A DNA stretch of 64,000 nucleotides from Callorhinchus milii (lineage: Eukaryota). Positions 37,380-50,174 of the stretch are shown here, piece by piece; the stretch's first letter is position 1; every line of letters starts with the position of its first letter. Both the position numbers and the translations under genes were made by a program. The notes below the pieces were generated by a model, which was not told the DNA's origin, searched no databases, and was given only the letters and a program-made list of their open reading frames with translations. The stretch spans positions 48,982,001 through 49,046,000 of the forward strand of contig NW_024704743.1 in assembly GCF_018977255.1 (NCBI RefSeq). Direction: 5' to 3'.

Positions 37380-38460
37380 AGCATTGCAGATTAATAATAA
37401 TTGGTGCTTTCAGTGATCCAAAATGTTAAATCTGTTTCAGTGACCTCATCTCCCGTATCACTTTTTATCACTGTATTCTGCTTCAGAAAGCAATCATTCT
37501 GAAGGAATAGTGATGTGTACTTTCACTCTCACTCCCTCCTTCCCTCAATCACTCACTCAGATAATACAGAATGTTTCTGCAGACAAAAGTCTTTCAATAA
37601 TGTTTTGAATCAATGTCAAGAGCAGAGTCAATTTTAACTTGAGCTGAGTTTGAATTAACCACCTTACTAATCTGTTATCAGTTAGCAATCCGGTTCCTTG
37701 TGACACAAAGACCTCCAGGAAGATAACTTTTCCCTTGTCAGTCACATTAGTAACCTCGACTGCTAGCATGTGTTTTTTTACATTGCTTGTCATGAATTTT
37801 TACTAACATGTGACGAATTCCACCCCCTCCCTCTGTGTAAACTGACATTTTTGACACTGCAAAAAGATTTCACTGTAAAAGACTACTCTATGTATGCATT
37901 CGCTACGGATGTATTTCCCCCTATCTGAGGCAGTTCTAGAATCTTGTAAATGCATCCAACCTGTCAAGTGCCAGTCTGAGTGTTGCTCGCTGTGGCTCCA
38001 CACTTGAGAGAAAGCGGATGAAGCTGCCAGATCTGTTTACAGGAACAAATCTTCATTCAGAATAGAAATGTCACTCACCAACGCTGTCAGTTCTTCAGTC
38101 CCCATAAACAAACATCACATTAGCTCATTCCTATGGCAACTTCTCATTTATCTAGAGCATGGTGAGAAGCTCGACACTCAGACTATGTAATGAGAGGTTC
38201 TGAACGGACATCAAAAATGACATTTCTTGGAGGCTCTCTGTTTCGCTTCTAATGTTACTGCCTTTCCTATTTGCTTTAGGAAGGGCACATTTGATTGTAT
38301 TAGAGGAAGTTTCTTGTATCTTAGAGATCCAGCTGTCACATCTGTGGAAAGAATTCTATCCACCCTTTGTGTTTCAAACCTCTGGCAGCATTTACTATGA
38401 AATAACCATTCCTTCACACTTTGTCAGGCACATTCCCATGAGCTTTGTTAACTGACTAGA
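37380..38460. promoter_or_regulatory. Repeat-free island, candidate conserved non-coding element
   Basis: About 1 kb of unique sequence with several TGACA/TGTCA and TGTTTAC motifs; conservation not tested. Confidence 0.25.
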
Positions 38461-39094
38461 ATCCTGCATTATAGGATGGCTAAAAAATTACTCCGTCTCC
38501 TCAACATCCCTGGAGACATTCATTCTTGCTTCGTCTTCTCAGTAAGTAACTTAATGATGTCTCAAACAAATAAAACGTGAACTCATCAAGTCCAATCATT
38601 CATCATTTGGTCCCGTAATTTTACTTTATTATTCAACACTTCCATTCTCGTGCTAGCTCAGTAATAACTTAAACTCTGCACATACCTTAACAGGAATATG
38701 CCAGTGATACTGACTGGCACCTGCAGTTACATTATGTTGACACATGGCCCCCATATGCCTTACCTACGTTTTTCAGTTAACTCAGTCAGCCTTCAGACAT
38801 CAAATATCACACCTGACAATAGAATTATTTAGGTCTCAATTTATTCATATTTAATGTTAGCTAATGAGGCATTTTCCAACAATTTACAAAGTAAAATAAT
38901 ATGATGCACAGAAAACGTTTACTTCCCTTGTGTGTTAAATTGCATAGTCAGTCCTGATTAATGTAAACATTTCAGGGTATGCTTGAAGACAGGTAAGCGA
39001 TGTTTAGTCATTGTTTCAGAATGTTCAGGAAAGAAAGTTTGTTGCAGCAACTTGTGAGTGATGGGATACTGATTACACAGGAGTTACTGCTGTT

Positions 39095-39520
39095 ATAATA
39101 ATAAATTCTTACATTTCATATAGTACCTTCATGTTGGGAGGACATCTCAAAGTGCTTCGCAGGACTTTACTGTAAAGTACAGTGACTGTTTATTTTTGTA
39201 AGCGAACCAGGCAGCTAATTTATGCCCAGCAATGTCCTACAAATAGGTTCTGCAATTGGCTGCTGGGTTTCACCCACAAAATATACAGTCAATTCATTTT
39301 ACAAAGTATCCTGTGAAGCCCTTTGAGACCTCTCGATGACATGATAAGACATCAAATTCAGGGATTATATTATATTCTGAGAAAAACTCCTTTCTCTTTT
39401 TGAATAATGCTATAGGTTTTTCTTTAATGTGCACCTGAAGAGGTACAGCGGATCTTTGTTCAACATCTCATCTGAAGAACAGCACATCCAACAAAACAGT
39501 GGAGGCTCAGCACTATATTA
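39095..39520. mobile_element. SINE 3' half(-) 39095-39245, SINE 3' half(+) 39250-39375, Deu fragment(-) 39380-39520
   Basis: Outward-facing tails; the plus-strand copy appears inserted in an old minus-strand Deu-SINE. Confidence 0.8.
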
Positions 39521-42500
39521 GAATGTGAGGTAGCAACAGCGAGTAATGGACACTATTAGCATTGGCTAACTCAAGTTAGGAACCTCCTTTGTTCATTTAA
39601 TATCAGCTCTGGAGATATGGGGAGCATGAACACTTTTTTACAATAGCCTATAGTTACCACAGCCACGCAACAATCCATTTAACACCAGCAGGAAAATCTA
39701 GCTTCCTGTGCACTTCAGCTAAAATATCCTGTCAGTAACAAGATTGTACATTTTATTTATTTTTCTCCTGTGATATTACACTTAATAGTATTACACTTAA
39801 TAGTATGTCAAAACTCCAGATGACCTTTGTATCATAAGAGCAATCCATTCTCTCCATTGAGCCTTAGAAACAAAGAACCATAATGGAGGTTGGCACTTAT
39901 AATGGATAAATTGGATGCAATAATAGAAGACCTAGGTTTGAATGATAGAGAATAAATCCCCTCTCCTCTGCCCCAACTTCAGAAGAGCACCCCAAAAGTA
40001 TCAGCATTCCAAAAGCATTGCTATCTTCCACATTGGCAATGCTGTGGCCTAATGAATAAGATTATCAATTTAACAAGCAATTTAGCAATAATGCTGTCAG
40101 ACTGCACTCATGGGGAAATCTGTTTTACATGGTACCCTTTGGAAAATTTTCTGTCCATCACTGACTAGTCTTGAACCTAGGCTCCAGAAGTGAAAGACCA
40201 GAGTCTAAACTGAGCCCCAAAAATATTAGCTGGCAGAGATTTATCCCAAAGCGCACCAATAATCAATTACTGTAAACTATACTACAATTTAGCAATTGGA
40301 TCCTTTGTCCCTAGGTGTATTACAGAGTTATAGAAATAATAGTTACTGGGGAACTCACCATGATATAAACATTAGCTCACACATTTCATTAATATGTAAG
40401 TGAAACATTTGCACCTTCTTCCTTTTTTCTCATGTCTGCTTCAGTGATGTTAAGGTTTCTAGCAACTCATACTATGTAAACACAAACATTAATGGGGTCT
40501 TATATGTAATGATATCTACTGGGGCTCCTCAATAATTAATCCTAGTGAGAACCTTTTCCGATAATCACAAGTGTGTCATGCAAATTGTGCTGACACACTC
40601 TGAAAATAGATTGAGTAAGATCAGAATTCCCGGGGATCAGAGTGATGTACTTTCAGGTTCATTATTAAGGAATCCCAATAGAAATTACCACACATTAATG
40701 AATTGTTTGAAATGAGTTTGCTTCATACAGGTTATTTGGATGCATGCTTGTTTTTGCATGGTTGTAATGCTTTTGTTTATCCCATGTAACTGTGCTGTAA
40801 ACTACACTTCCTGAGCATTTTGAACAGTGTCATTTCAGTTCATTGACACTTCATCACGTCAATAAAATTCAGGCATCTCATGTGAAAGACTCTTCAATCA
40901 CATCAACCTGCAAACTCTCCTGCTGATGCTAGGCCATAACCTGGGGCAGGTTCTTGAAGATCCTCTGCTTCCATTGGAATTGTTTGTTCCTCATCAATCT
41001 AAAGTTGCATAGACTTCTTGGAATACTGCCACCTTTCTGCAGAATTTAGCTGGCTATTACAACATGGCACCCATGAGATTAAGCCAGACACCTCGGTTCT
41101 TGGTTGAACATCTCAGAGATTCACTCCACAATTGACCCCGTGGTCTTTTGTAGGTGAGCGGATGTCCAATTCATTTTCAATCCACTTCAATTCTATATGT
41201 CCTTTGTGGCATTTGATTGATGAGGCACAAAACAGGCAACATCTGTATCATGTTAATCATGATGCTAAACTCTGTGCCATTGCGTCTTCAAGTATGTTTT
41301 CTATTCATTTTGTTCCATAACATAAAGTGCAGTAAATACTTAACCATGTCCACTGTACTTTGTGCAAGAATTATGGATTATGTTTAATCTGAACACCTAA
41401 ACAAATGTTTTACGTTTCCTGCCAATTAAACAGAAATTTCCAAATCTCACTTCATACCAAGGACTATTCATCATTTACTTCGGATCAGTCTTCTTCACCA
41501 TGGAGTAAATTTGATGGGGCAAAGCTTTGATAGATCGCACAAGTGTTTAAAATCAAAGAAGATGATCCTGTTTCTGGAAATAGAAACTCAACTAAACTAT
41601 GCAAAACTCTAGCAGAAATGAAACACGACGTGTACAAAATAATGCAATCTCCATGTACAAGCATCAATGCAAGTGAACATTGCAACAGGGCTTAAGTGAG
41701 GGAAATCCATTTAGTTATCAATAACACCTCAATAGGTTGAATGGCCCATTGTTATTCTTATGACATATCATGGACCTCATGCACCAAGTATTTTAAAATG
41801 CCACATGCTAATATTAATGCTACAGTATCTGAAAACAGTTGGATGTCACGTTCCAGTAGTTATAATTATTGCAAAAATAATGAGAAAAACAAAACAGTTC
41901 ACTGATGTAAGCTTAATCTGATTTCTGAATGCAGGTACAAGAGCAACTTGCATTTATTTAGCGCCCTTCACACGAGGTAACATCTCAGAGCAGAGGTAAT
42001 GTAACTTCACTTGTTTCCTTTTCTGCCTTACATGTTGCACTGTACAGTGCGTATCATCTAGATTGGGTTAATCCATGCTGCATTAAATGCACCAGTGGTT
42101 AAAGAGTTTCAATTAAATGAAACTGAAATGATAGAGCAGCTCTTACCCTTCCAATCTCATCCAGCCATCAATTAATCAATTGCATGTCCTTCACCTTTAT
42201 ACCTGTGCGCTTCAGGTCTTGGCTTGCCTCTGGACCAATTTTTTTTATGATGTGAATGTTTGATTCCCATCCACCATCTGTATCATTGAAGAGCAACTTG
42301 GGATCAGTACTGTATATGTGCTGCATGGCAATTCAGTTTCAGTACTTTCCTTTTCATGAGAATTGCCTTCTTCCTTTTTAGTTGTTTAAAGGGACTATGG
42401 CATCTGTTTGGGGCTGTTAGTTCCCAAACTCAGCCATATTGCTCTGTGTTAATATAATAATGTTTTCAATTGTACCATTGATGGCAACAGACAGGTCAAT

Positions 42501-42571
42501 TAGATAATGATTTTACACAGAGCATAATTTCTGAGCAGATATCTCTCATTATTGCTTTCATAGTCACTCTG

Positions 42572-42900
42572 GTGTCAGCTAGCCTCAGTTACTAGCACTC
42601 TGGCTGTTGGCCCTGACTGGTTTTGGTTCATGCCTCAATTTGGGACCTGAGTTTACAGTTCATGCTGACTCTCCAGTGCAGTACTGAGGGAGTGCCTCAT
42701 TGTTGTAGGTTGAACTGAAGTCCTGACTAACTGTTTATGTGACCATTAAAGATCTCTTGACATGATTCAACAAGAGAAGTATCCAGCAACCTTCCAGATA
42801 AATCGGCCATTCACCTCCTGGTTGTTTGTGGGACATTGCTGTACAAATACACACTCACCGCACTTGACAGTAATTATCTATGAATCGACTTGGAATGATT
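42572..42900 (+). mobile_element. Full-length old Deu-SINE, degenerate
   Basis: gtcagctagcctcagttactagcactc head; gctgactctccagtgcagtactgagggagtg Deu domain. Confidence 0.8.
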
Positions 42901-43092
42901 TACTATTCAATACAAATTTACATTTATATAGCACCTTTTACATCAGGAGGATGTCCCAGATTGGTGAATAGTCCAAGGTTTGCACCCCAGTTGGGGGTGG
43001 AACTGCTGGGGTGGGGGTGACAGAGGGATGTGTTTACATGCAAATATATTATTCATATCTGTTGAATATTATTTAGCTTCAATACATACATG

Positions 43093-43458
43093 TGGAGTGC
43101 TGTACTCAGTGGTTAGAGCAGTTGCCTCGCAAGAAAGAGACCTGGTTTCGATTCCTGGCAGGACAAAATGTTGGGCAAGTTTCCTTACTCCACACGCCTC
43201 TGTTTACCTAGCAGTAAGTAGGAAGCCGGTTGTTAGTCGATCGGCGGATCGTTTTTCTGGGGGTAATAATTCTTCCAAAAAAAAATTGGTCACTCAATCC
43301 AAGACTGTTTGTGGGAGACTGCTGTGCACAATTGGCTGACGCATTTCGCCCAGATAATATACAGTCAATTTACAGTATATTCTGTGAAGCGCTTTGAGAT
43401 GTCTCGAAGATGTGATAAGGCACTATACCAAATGCAAGGATTATTATTATTTATTATT
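43093..43458 (+). mobile_element. Full-length SINE subfamily A
   Basis: tRNA head, CORE-like ttgggcaagtttccttactccacacgcctctgtttacctagcagtaagtagg, body, TCGAA-loop tail. Confidence 0.95.
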
Positions 43459-43564
43459 AATTGGTGCTGACCCTTTGATAGTTTTCTGAACTTTTATCCC
43501 TTTATATGGAAGGGAAATTAAGACTGAATAGAAACTGTCTTTTAAACCTTTTAAGAATGGTAAA

Positions 43565-43815
43565 CTGAATTCTCAATACTGCTGTCCTGACAGAATGTCT
43601 GTCAGACATCAAGTCCTGGATGAGAGCTAACTTTCTACAATTGAACGTCAACAAGACCGAGGCTCTCCTGATTGGCTCCCGTCAGCGCCTCCATAATTCA
43701 AGCGCTGACAGTATCACCCTCCGTGGTTGCACACTTCACCTTGTTAAGCCAGTCCGGAACCTTGGCGCCTTGTTTGACCCTCAACTATCCTTTTTACCCC
43801 ACATCCGTGCCATAT
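43565..43815 (+). mobile_element. L2 LINE RT internal fragment
   Basis: CLSDIKSWMRANFLQLNVNKTEALLIG...VRNLGALFDPQLSFLPHI. Confidence 0.93.
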
Positions 43816-43947
43816 CCCGCAATTGGCTGCCGCGTTTCGCCCACAAATACACAGTCAATTCACTTTATAGTATATTCTGTGAAGAGCTTTGTGATGTCTA
43901 GAAGATGTGAAAAGCGCTATATCAAATGCAAGGATTATTATTATTAT
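43816..43947 (+). mobile_element. SINE 3' half fused directly to the L2 fragment
   Basis: cgcaattggctgccgcgtttcgcccacaaat...gatgtctagaagatgtgaaaagcgc...(ATT)n. Confidence 0.92.
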
Positions 43948-44209
43948 TTGTTTATTATTGGGAAAATCCATTATGAATATGTAAGGAAAATCACAATGTT
44001 TTGCTGTCAGCGCATGATGGACTCCATTGTTTTTACAGTAACTAAACCACAGCTTTATCAGCAGCCAGTGTAAGATCTGGGAGAATCTGGTGGTGTAAGA
44101 TCTGGGAGAATGATTTTCTCTAAATGTCAGAGGCAGATTTCGTGCATAAAGTGAGCCATAAAACATTCTATTGAGCATTTAATACAATGCAGCCCCTTTA
44201 ACCATTTTT

Positions 44210-44390
44210 CAGTCACTATGCCCTTAACCTCTGTTGCTCCATGCCTCTCTCCCTTCACCTCACCCCCTCTCTATCTGTCTTTAAGTCATACTGTAAAACC
44301 CAACTCTTCAACTGCGCCTATGATCACTTTCCCCCATTTGCTTGGTTTTCTGCCATAATGAAGAGCTCTGAGACATTTATCCTATAAGAA
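44210..44390 (+). mobile_element. Old L2 3' fragment
   Basis: tttaagtcatactgtaaaacccaactcttcaactgcgcctatg (FKS.CKTQLFNCAY). Confidence 0.65.
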
Positions 44391-44507
44391 TACAATACGA
44401 TTTATATATATTTATATATATATAGCACCTTTCAGGTTGGGATAGCATCTCAAAGCACTTTACCAGAGCTTGGGGCACTATATAAATGCAAATTGATGTT
44501 GTTGTGT

Positions 44508-44826
44508 AATAATAATAATCCTTGCATTTGATATAGCGCCTTATCATATCTTCGAGGCATCTTAAAGCGCTTCACAGAATATACTGTAAAGTGAATTGAC
44601 TGTACATTTTGTGGACAAACCACGGCAGCCAATTGTGCACAGCAGTGTCCATAACCAGTCGTGGATTGAGTGACCACATTTTTTTGAGGTATTATTACTC
44701 CCAGAAAACGATCTACTAATCAACTAACTGGGTTCCTACTTACTGCTAGGTGAAGAGGTGTGTGGTAAGGAAACTTGCCTAAGGTTTCGCCATGCCCAGG
44801 AATCAAACCTAGGTCTTACACTTTGG
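44508..44826 (-). mobile_element. SINE subfamily A, 5'-truncated in the head
   Basis: Tail, body and ggttcctacttactgctagg segment present. Confidence 0.92.
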
Positions 44827-44902
44827 GACTATAATGTTTCTCTGCAACATAAATGTGAGGCTTATGCTTGTTTCCTTCTTTAAGAGATTTATGATGAAGG
44901 GG

Positions 44903-44995
44903 GACTGATGAAGCATCACATCCGAAACACTAACTCTGTCGGATACTGAGCCACCTGCTGTGCATTTCCAGCATTCTATTCTTTTCTGATTTTCA
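44903..44995 (+). mobile_element. Penelope pseudo-LTR fragment with degenerate hammerhead
   Basis: ctgatgaagcatcacatccgaaacactaactctgtc...cctgctgtgcatttccagcattct; same layout as the 2902-3001 copy. Confidence 0.65.
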
Positions 44996-45330
44996 GAATT
45001 TGCTGTTTTATCTTCCCTCATGTGACAAGATGCTTGTGAATCGATTTCGTGAAATTTGGACCATAGAAATTTATAGCACTGAAGGAGGCCTGTGCTGGCT
45101 CTCTGACAGATCTATCTGTTTATTTGATTCTGTACAGTTTCTTGTTCCTTCATATAAAATGCGGATGTTATACTTTGGTCTCTTTACACGTTAGTAACAT
45201 GTTTACTGATTAATTTCTTTTATTTATAAACTAGACTTGCTGGATTCCAATATTAATCAGTAGAACTTGGCATTCATCGGTTTTACAATTTTCCCCAAAT
45301 TGACTGAAATGAATTGCCGTTGTTAATTAT

Positions 45331-45676
45331 TTTTGACAGTTTTTTTAATCACAAAAATGGCTGATTTTCAGGTTGCACGTTCTCCACGGGTTTCACTTCC
45401 TGTGCGGTGCCTCTGCAGGCTAACATCACTTCTTGTGTGGAGCACACACATACTATAATAATAATAATAATAATCCTTGCATTTGATATCGCGCTTTTCA
45501 CGTTTTCTGTACGTCTCAAAGCGCTTCACAGAATAAACTGTAATAGACACAGAATAGACAGACATACTAACATCACTTCCTGTGTGGTTCACATACATAC
45601 TGATATCACTTTCTGTTCAGTGTAACCTTATGACCTGAAAATTGATTATTTTTGCAGTTAAAAACCTTGGTCAAAA
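45331..45676. mobile_element. Inverted-repeat element with internal 33-bp tandem array, interrupted by a SINE tail (45456-45542, -)
   Basis: Arms 45331-45378 and 45620-45676 are imperfect reverse complements; cacttcctgt-like cores at 45394, 45427, 45574, 45607. Confidence 0.65.
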
Positions 45677-46539
45677 TGGAAAAAAATCTAAATAAAATTA
45701 AGCTAAAATTAACTTTGACATTATCTCTTGAATGTAAAACAAAATTTATTTATGATTTTCAAACATACAGCCACATTGTTTTAAACATAGTAAAATTAGT
45801 AGATGTTGCTTCATAGCTGCAGCTGAGAATTGAATTTTTCTGTAACAGCACCTTAAACCACAAAGCTGCTGATTCCTTTAATGCCATTTGCTGCTTAAAA
45901 TCTAGACTCCAGCAACAATCGTTTCATATATAGTGAACAATTCATTTTATCTTGCAGTGCCGGAATAATTAACATTTTTGATTTACTTTTTTTTCTAAAC
46001 CTTCTTCCCTCAAAATGTGCACTGCTCCAAGGAATATTAAAAATGCATCAGAACTAAAGCCGAAACACTTTTATACAGTCAATGAAAAGCCAGTGCCACA
46101 GAGGTATTATAGATCATCAAACTGCAACTCCAATTGAATGGGGGATATATAAAAAAAAGGATCTGACATCTGTATACTGTTTCAGTCCATGCCAGCAATA
46201 TTAAATCCTGGAAGAATTCAGCTGGGGGACATTGAAAGATGTCTTGTATAATTATAATGTTGCTTGCGAACTACAACTTCCAAGGTTCATTTCTAATAGC
46301 TCACTTGTGCAACATGTAATAATGATTTGATTTAAATCTAGTGGATTCGAAGTTGGTGCTAATTTTAACTACCAGCTGTTGAGAATAAATAACATTTCTG
46401 AAAGCAGTTAGAAATATTACAGCAGAAGTAAAGCAAAGTCAGGTGTGTACAATGTTTCAAGAATTTTCCCACTGCTCAAATAGGTTCAATTTCAATCCCT
46501 TGTCATTCATTTGGTATCTAAATTTGATTAAATAAATAA

Positions 46540-46725
46540 ATTTGTGCACACAAACATTGTTTGTCCCACAAACAGCCATGATATGAATGACCAATTTTAT
46601 CACGGCATTGTTTTCTAGGACACAGGAGAAACTCCCTTCTCTTTTTGGAAAATGCCATGGGGACTTTAACATCCACCTAAACAGGCAGTGTGGACCTCAG
46701 TTTAACATCTCATCTGAAGGACAAG
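46540..46725 (-). mobile_element. Old Deu-SINE fragment
   Basis: gtcccacaaacagccatg...ggacacaggagaaactccc...tgccatggggactttaacatccacctaaacaggcag. Confidence 0.85.
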
Positions 46726-48171
46726 TTTCAGTGTATTTTCCTTGGAGGATAACTCCATTACCATGTAGTATTTTTTAATTGCACAATGCTGAGACAAGAG
46801 ACATTTAACATGTAGAGTTAAGCATGTTAGGGAATTCAACAATACCTATCAGAGTGACAAATAGATTACAATCATTTTGACATTTCTGTAATGAGCTCCT
46901 ACTTAATAATCCTTACATTTGATATAGTACCTTATCACATTGTCGAGATGTCTCAAAGCGATTACAGAATTTACTGTAAAGTATAGTGACTCTATATTAG
47001 GTAGGCATACTTCTTAAGGAAGTCTTGTACTTCTAAAGGACATGATGAAATCACACAAAGAGGTAAATTAAATTATCAGCTTATTTTCTCCCAGTTGGGG
47101 AATGTACCCTGCTTGCCTATGGCTAGAGAACACTGGTGCAGCTGGACAGAAGGCAAAGTCAATGGAGCCTCAAAGGGTGTATTGCAATACTGCCTGAAGT
47201 GAACCAGCTAAAAATACATAGTCTACCTGTTTGAGGCACCAGGAAGCTTCCAGGAAGAATCAACCTACGCTTTAGAACATTAGAATTATAAAGGTTTGAG
47301 TGGATAAGATTCCCATTCCCCTGTGACACGTCTGCCCCTCCAAGTCTCATTGATAAGCTAGGCAAGCTGGGCAAGTGACCGAAGGTGTGGTTGAAGAGAA
47401 AGGTCTTGATATCAATGTAAAGATTATTATTGTTAATTACATTCAATTGAATGGGCTATGTTTACATGGAAACAAAAGAGCAGAGTTGTAGAATCTTATT
47501 GAACAACGTTTGTAACAAAAAGTTTCATCTCATAAAAGAGGAGCCACTTTACGTTAACTTCATTAGATTTTTATATCTTATGCTGTTTCCTCAATGTTCT
47601 CATTTCCAATAATGTAAAGTTCCACCGAATGGCTTTCAGCACCATTAGCAGTAAATTAACATGTAAAAAAGTTTAAAAATTGGCATTTTAACGACAAAAT
47701 AGTAATTGCACACAATTACTGTGCATTTATTACCCACGTACCCTGATTTTATATATTCTAGGTGCCTTGAATGTGATCCTTGGTCTCTCATCTAAAGACT
47801 ACATTGTAGAAAAGTGGAAATTACATTCTGCATATCGTTTTGTCAAATTTCATGCTACCATGCATTTACTGGCCACATGGTAAGTGACTTTGCTCTGTGC
47901 AAATTGGCTGCCACATTCGCCTGCAGAATAGTTACTACACTGTTTAGTAAATCCTGCAAAGCTTTTTGACATGTCCTCGTGACGTGAAAGACGCTTTAGC
48001 AAATGAAAAGATTATTAGTATCAATAGTGCACACTAAGCCCAGTTGCACATGGCACAAAATTGTCCTCCACCCCTCCTACCAAACTACAATGTTGCTGCA
48101 TGATGAAAAATATTGCCTTCCAAGCAGGGCTGCAGTCTGCTCCAACAGTTATCAAGTGCTACAATAGTTAT

Positions 48172-48242
48172 CAGGGTAGCGTCTCAAGCGCTCTGAGAGG
48201 ATACCCTGCGTGGAGGGCACTATATAAGTGCAAGTTGTTGTT
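48172..48242 (+). mobile_element. Ultra-short L2-type terminus with 5' fold-back
   Basis: cagggtagcgtctca-agcgct-ctgagaggataccctg...gggcactatataagtgcaagttgttgtt. Confidence 0.65.
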
Positions 48243-48529
48243 ATATAATTACTCTGGTTATTCAAATTAAAAATAATTGACCCAATTCCCTGAGCTTTGA
48301 ATTTAATGCATATTTGAAAAATAATGTATCAAAGGAAATATAGGTTAAAATGCAGCATTTGCAAATTGTAGATATGAAATATGTACTAAATGATTTACAG
48401 AATATAATTTCCACCTATCTACACTTTCTTTTATATGATTCTTTAGATAGGAAACCACGGATTGCTTTCAAGACACTTTACTGTGATGTGCAGTTAGGTG
48501 GTAAAGGATGAAAGAATTTCCCTTTTTTC

Positions 48530-48810
48530 AGAACCTTATCACAGTGAAAGTCTCAAAGTATTTCAGATGTAATTACTGCCAAATGTAGTGACGTTCTTTA
48601 CAGGAACACGCCATTTGCACCAGGTCTGTCCCACATACGAGCATGAGGTGAATGATTAATTTATCTGGTAGATTGTTGGACAGATATCAGGAGCAACTCC
48701 CTTCGTTTTTCAAATAGTGTTGTGGAATTGTTAATATTCACCTGAGCATGCCAATGGGACTTCGGGTGGCTAATGTCTGATGTGAAAGATGGGACGTCTG
48801 ACAATGTCAG
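48530..48810 (-). mobile_element. Old Deu-SINE, degenerate
   Basis: gtctcaaagtatttcaga...tgtcccaca...caggagcaactccc...ttcacctgagca...gtgaaagatgggacgtctgacaatg. Confidence 0.7.
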
Positions 48811-49803
48811 GATGTGGTTATGTCCCCACATAGTATAGCATCGGCTGATGAAGGGCTAGTGTGACAGAATCAGGATACCCACAAAGCTCAAATTGCTCCT
48901 TCCATGGATATAAAATCATGCCCATGAATTAGTCTGCATTTCACAGCGATGTTCTCTAGACCCAATCCCAATGCTTCTAAACCCATTAAAGAGATGTAAT
49001 CTTATAATGTTCTGTCTTGAGGCGCAGTGAAGCATATTTGATGATGCCAGACTTTCTGTTGAATCTCACATCAGCTCTCACAGTCAGGTTGATGTCACCA
49101 AAATGCCAGCAACCACAGATTAAATATCTTGTCACAGTCAGTAAGGTTGAAGCATTTTTCTTCAAGTTGTGAAAATGTCTAAAAAGACGTGCTTTCAATT
49201 TATTGTGTCAATATGTGAAACAAAAAGCTCTGCTTTATCATCACTCTAACCAGAGTTATAACTCCTTCCTTGTGATGCAGAAGCAGTAAGTTTATAAAAT
49301 GCACTGGGACTTTAAACAGCTTTGGAAGATCACTCAGTAAATTTTCAGTGATTATGTTCAAAGCTACTGAGCTATTTCAATGTGGATGTTATCATGTACC
49401 AGCTTCATGGAGCCACCTGGTCACTGACACTCACCACCACATCAACCGCCAAGGCACTGAAATCAGAGTAACACTGCCGTGTACCCTGCAGCATGAACGT
49501 TAAACAAATAAATCGTACATGGAGATGATTTCAAGGATACAATTTCATCCTAGCATTAGGCTAGGATCTAATTTGTGTTTTTTTTTAATGGGATTCTATA
49601 ATAAGGAAATTTTAAAGAAAAAATAATTGGTCACATAGGTCCAGGAGCATGCAACTAACACAGTAAATCTATAATAAGCATTAGCTCCGATCTTGCTCTG
49701 GATTATCATCACCTCACTTCAGTCGTACACCTCATAAAGTGACTGAACACAGTTTGGAGGTACTAATGAAAAATGTATTTGCTTTCACAATCCCACAAAT
49801 ATC

Positions 49804-50174
49804 AGGGTCTGAAATTCCATCCAGTCTCAGCATATCGGTCGGACCCTGTTGTGTTAACATCTAAGATCAGACAGAATTGTGTTACGTTCTTAAACCCAGT
49901 CCTAATTTGGAAGATTGTTTTAATAATATTCTTTGCATTCGCTTTTCACGTTGGGAGAATGTTTCAAAGCACTTCACGGTACATTTTTACCGTAAAGTGT
50001 AGTGACTATGTATTTTGTAGGCGAATGCCTATAATTTTCCGCAATTGTTAAAAAGGAACCAGTTTCCAAATTAAGATTGAATTTAAGAATTTTCTACAAT
50101 TCTGCACAAACTTAAATCTTAAATTTAAGAAACATTTATCTTGCAGACCAAGACTTAGGTGGAAGTTAGGGCCT
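49804..50174. mobile_element. Complete palindromic MITE (possibly PIF/Harbinger-like) with internal SINE tail 49922-50030(-)
   Basis: Left agggtctgaaattccatccagtct vs right agacttaggtggaagttagggcct; inner arms cagaattgtg...ctaatttggaa vs ttccaaattaag...caattctg. Confidence 0.7.

Noticed and set aside
45390..45620. Regularly spaced repeats resembling a CRISPR array
   Set aside because: Units are tandem with similar rather than unique spacers, no cas genes are present, and the context is vertebrate.
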